Positions 7,806 to 10,209 of a stretch of DNA of 10,209 nucleotides are shown in pieces. Location: positions 1 through 10,209 of the forward strand of contig CAVTCS010000016.1 of assembly GCA_963733295.1 (NCBI GenBank). The letters run 5' to 3'. The notes beneath the pieces were generated by a model. That model was not told the DNA's origin, did not search any database, and saw only the letters and a program-made list of their open reading frames with translations. Numbering within the stretch: the first letter of the stretch is position 1; every line of letters begins with the position of its first letter. Position numbers and translations under genes: made by a program. Origin of the DNA: Vulcanimicrobiota bacterium. GTDB lineage: Bacteria > Vulcanimicrobiota > Vulcanimicrobiia > Vulcanimicrobiales > Vulcanimicrobiaceae.

Positions 7806-8002
7806 TGACCCTCACCCCACATTCTGGACCATCGGGACTCGCGAAAAATCGGCAAATCTTTCCTACGATTCGGAGTTTTGCCCCATGCGAAAACGCCATT
7901 CCGCCGAGCAGATCGCTGCGGCCTTGCGGCAGGCTGAGGCCGGTACGCCCGTCGCCGAGATCATCCGCAAGCTCAGCATCCACGAGAATACGTTCTACAC
8001 CT
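7806..8002 (+). mobile_element. Truncated IS3-family (IS407-group-like) remnant: left end plus the first ~39 codons of orfA
   Basis: TG-starting terminus TGACCCTCACCCCACATTCTGGACCA at 7806. ATG 7885 gives MRKRHSAEQIAAALRQAEAGTPVAEIIRKLSIHENTFYT, a typical HTH_Tnp_1 OrfA start. It breaks off before the expected WK/WR, and no orfB follows. Confidence 0.85.
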
Positions 8003-8043
8003 TGACGCGCAATCGGGGCTTGGCGCTCCGGGGACCAGACGTT

Positions 8044-8073
8044 TTGCGGGCCTTATGTAGTATCCCGCCCCGA
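8044..8073 (+). repeat. Dispersed direct repeat, copy 2 (partner at 7235-7264)
   Basis: See copy 1. The shared core is CCTTATGTAGYATC. Confidence 0.75.
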
Positions 8074-8090
8074 AACCGAGGGGATAGGAG

Positions 8091-8171
8091 ACAGAGCCAT
8101 CCGAAACGCGGCCCCCCTCCCCAGCCGGGTTGGCCGGAGCAGATGCTCACACAGCCATCTGAAACGCGGCC
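8091..8171 (+). repeat. Two 23-bp direct repeats separated by 35 bp
   Basis: ACAGAGCCATCCGAAACGCGGCC (8091-8113) and ACACAGCCATCTGAAACGCGGCC (8149-8171): 21/23 identical, period 58 bp. Confidence 0.75.
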
Positions 8172-8218
8172 GGCACATGAGGATAGTGCTAACCTAGCGC
8201 GGATTAGCGGTCGGGTTT

Positions 8219-8569
8219 TCAGGGACTTAGTGGCGTCGCGCAATTACCCCGACATTTAACGAATTCGCTTTTCCAAGGAACTAGCGGTAAGGCAGACGTC
8301 TCCGTAAACAAGGCCCAGATGAAAGCTAGACAAAGAATACCTCCCGCAGGCACGAGCGCCCATCGGTACCGGCTCTTGCGAGTTCGATACAGCAGTGCGA
8401 CAAGCACGACTAGCAAAACGGACTCCGTAATTAAGACGCTCACGATCGTGTCCTTCGTCTGCGGGGAAGGCTCATTCGACGCTACAACAAGAAACTCGTT
8501 GACGATCGCAAGCAAGATTCCCACTAGGGCTCCAAAAATGATCGCGGAGGTTCTTTTCACAACGGACAC
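8219..8569 (-). CDS. Hypothetical membrane protein (~3 TM segments)
   Basis: Three hydrophobic segments (AIIFGALVGILLAIV, IVSVLITESVLLVVLVALLY, WALVPAGGILCLAFIWALF) with a basic loop, RTRKSRYR. Confidence 0.7.
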   Translation of the reverse strand: MSVVKRTSAIIFGALVGILLAIVNEFLVVASNEPSPQTKDTIVSVLITESVLLVVLVALLYRTRKSRYRWALVPAGGILCLAFIWALFTETSALPLVPWKSEFVKCRGNCATPLSP

Positions 8570-8714
8570 AATCCTAAGCGGAGCGAAAAGCCTTGTCCTT
8601 AGAAGGTAGGACTATGATTGACGTAGTTACCAAGTCTTGCACCCCCCTCTGTTTCAGTATAGCGTGAGACCACCTACCCGGACTTAATTACTGAGGGCGT
8701 GAAAGGTTTCACGC

Positions 8715-9116
8715 ATGCAATCCAAGGGCACGATTTCGGATCCCGAGGTACCAGCCAAGGCTTCGCGCCGCCGATTCTCCGCAGCTGATAAGGCGCGGAT
8801 TCTCGAAGAGTATGAGCAAGCGTCCTCCGTGGGGCGAGCGGCACTTTGCCGCCGCGAACGGATTTATTCATCGCATATCGCTGGTTGGCGAAAGCAGCTC
8901 GCTGGTGGCGCGCCGCTGGAGGCGAAACGCGGTCGTAAGCCCGATCCCAACGCTGTTGAGAACACGCGGCTGCGCAAAGAAAACGAGCGTCTGCAGCTAC
9001 GCTTAGCTAAAGCGGAACGGATTATCGCTGTCCAGGGAAAAGCCTACGCGCTCTTGCGTGCTGTAGTCGGCGAGAGCGCGGATCAGATGGACTTGCCGCC
9101 GTGGAACAAGTCGTAG
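8715..9116 (+). CDS. IS3-family transposase OrfA (HTH plus coiled coil)
   Basis: RRRFSAADKARILEEY...ALCRRERIYSSHIAGWRKQ HTH, followed by the zipper-like ENTRLRKENERLQLRLAKAERIIAVQGK. Confidence 0.9.
   Translation: MQSKGTISDPEVPAKASRRRFSAADKARILEEYEQASSVGRAALCRRERIYSSHIAGWRKQLAGGAPLEAKRGRKPDPNAVENTRLRKENERLQLRLAKAERIIAVQGKAYALLRAVVGESADQMDLPPWNKS
9035..9041 (+). other. Putative -1 programmed ribosomal frameshift heptamer G GGA AAA
   Basis: The X XXY YYZ motif is in the OrfA frame (caG GGA AAA). The -1 (OrfB) frame is open from 9011 through this site into OrfB. Confidence 0.65.
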
Positions 9117-10159
9117 TGAATCTTGCCGTTGAGGTTGGCGAACGCCAAGCGTGCGAGCAGATGGGGCATTCCCGCGCGAGCTTTCGACGACGTCACCAAC
9201 TCGTGCCGCGCTCTTCTCGACAGCAGCGGCGTTATCAAGAACGGCTGGTCGAGCGCACTGAACGACGCGAGAAACGCGCCCGGCGCGGATCATCGTTAGC
9301 TCTGGACACCCGAGAGAACGAAGCAGTCTTGGACGCGGTTCACCAGCATCGATTCATCGATCGCAGCGTGCCCTATATTTACGCAACGCTCTTGGACGAA
9401 GGCGTCTATCATTGCTCGCTGTCCACGATGTATCGGGTTCTTCACCGCTCCGGGGAAGTCGGCGAGCGACGCGATCAAGCCACGCGTCCTGCGCACGTGA
9501 AGCCGGAATTGTGCGCAACCGCGCCGCGCGAGGTTTTTGCCTGGGATATCACCAAATTGCATGGTCCGCAGAAGTGGACGTATTTTTACCTCTACGTCAT
9601 CGTCGACATCTATAGTCGCTACGTCGTCGGCTGGATGGTCGCCGATCGTGAGAGCTCCGCGTTGGCACGCATGTTGCTCTCCGAAACGATCAAGAAAGAA
9701 TGCGTAGATCCCAAGAAGCTCACCGTACATGCAGATCGCGGTAGCTCGATGACTTCGAAACCAGTCGCGTTCTTGCTCGCCGATCTCGGTGTAACCAAGA
9801 GCCATTCCCGCCCGCATGTTTCCGATGACAACCCGCACATCGAATCGTTCTTCAAAACTGCCAAGTACCAGCCGGAATTTCCCGCGACGTTTTCCAATAT
9901 CGCAGAGGCACGAGCGTTCTGCCGCGCGTTCGTCGAATGGTATAACACGCAACATCGCCACAGCGCGCTCGCGCTTCTCGCTCCAGCTGACGTTCACTTC
10001 GGCCGCGCCGGCGCTCTCTTGGAGCGGCGGCAAGGCATTCTCGACGCTGCCTACACCGCGCATCCTGAGCGCTTCGTACGCGGCAAACCAAAAGCCGGCC
10101 AGCTACCCGTTGCATCGTATATCAATCGACCTGCCGAAATCGTCGACCAGGTCGCTTAA
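9101..10159 (+). CDS. IS3-family transposase OrfB (rve/DDE integrase core), in the -1 frame relative to OrfA
   Basis: DDE triad in WDITKL, HADRGS and DDNPHIESFFKTAK. Also VDIYSRYVVGW and WYNTQHRHSAL. Confidence 0.93.
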   Translation: MEQVVVNLAVEVGERQACEQMGHSRASFRRRHQLVPRSSRQQRRYQERLVERTERREKRARRGSSLALDTRENEAVLDAVHQHRFIDRSVPYIYATLLDEGVYHCSLSTMYRVLHRSGEVGERRDQATRPAHVKPELCATAPREVFAWDITKLHGPQKWTYFYLYVIVDIYSRYVVGWMVADRESSALARMLLSETIKKECVDPKKLTVHADRGSSMTSKPVAFLLADLGVTKSHSRPHVSDDNPHIESFFKTAKYQPEFPATFSNIAEARAFCRAFVEWYNTQHRHSALALLAPADVHFGRAGALLERRQGILDAAYTAHPERFVRGKPKAGQLPVASYINRPAEIVDQVA

Positions 10160-10209
10160 CACACTAAACTCAACACTTACGTGGACTCAAGCGTACTGAA
10201 AATTTCCGT

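Larger units (their letters stand above)
8650..10208 (+). mobile_element. IS3-family insertion sequence, apparently complete (exact ends uncertain)
   Basis: An orfA/orfB pair bounded by imperfect inverted repeats: TTTCAGTATAGCGTGAGACCAC (8652-8673) and GTGGACTCAAGCGTACTGAAA (10181-10201; reverse complement TTTCAGTACGCTTGAGTCCAC). A target duplication cannot be assessed because the window ends. Confidence 0.85.

Noticed and set aside
8040..8180. Hammerhead ribozyme suggested by stems followed by GAAAC
   Set aside because: The required CUGANGA core is absent.
7735..8259. 174-aa ORF as a real gene
   Set aside because: It is a chimeric read-through spanning the end of the membrane gene, the IS left end, the truncated orfA and non-coding DNA.
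8637..8663. Hybrid promoter TTGCAC...TATAGC across the IS left junction
   Set aside because: The spacing is 15 bp and both hexamers are imperfect, so it is not supportable.
9296..10063. 255-aa antisense ORF and other short overlapping ORFs in the track (e.g. 80-355, 636-938, 1239-1556, 4966-5364, 7612-7983)
   Set aside because: They are shadows of better-supported genes in GC-rich DNA and have no recognisable motifs.
1157..10209. Canonical CRISPR array or cas2 associated with the cas1 gene
   Set aside because: I found no run of three or more regularly spaced repeats and no ORF with Cas2 features (N-terminal YD motif, ~90-100 aa) downstream. The two-copy repeat at 8091-8171 is too weak to call a CRISPR.

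Overview
This is a mobile, accessory-type bacterial region. It opens with the 3' part of a stand-alone Cas1-family gene whose frame is already open at the window edge. The protein keeps the E/H/D-E catalytic residues and adds a C-terminal Cys4 zinc finger and a very basic tail. No cas2, other cas gene or proper CRISPR array follows, which fits a casposase-like integrase better than a CRISPR adaptation module. About 1.6 kb downstream, a perfect 26-bp inverted repeat (2737-2762 / 2788-2813) brackets a 25-bp, partly palindromic spacer and sits exactly where a secreted-protein gene is cut off. It could be a tandem casposon TIR-TSD-TIR junction or a minimal TG..CA transposon. The rest is cargo: several secreted, lipoprotein and membrane hypotheticals, a frameshifted trypsin-like protease with a PDZ domain, a frameshifted DUF6602/NucC-like nuclease, a truncated IS3 (IS407-like) remnant and an apparently complete IS3-family element (~8650-10208). 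Two unexplained short repeat pairs lie at 7235/8044 and 8091/8149. Family assignments come from motif recognition by eye, not database searches.
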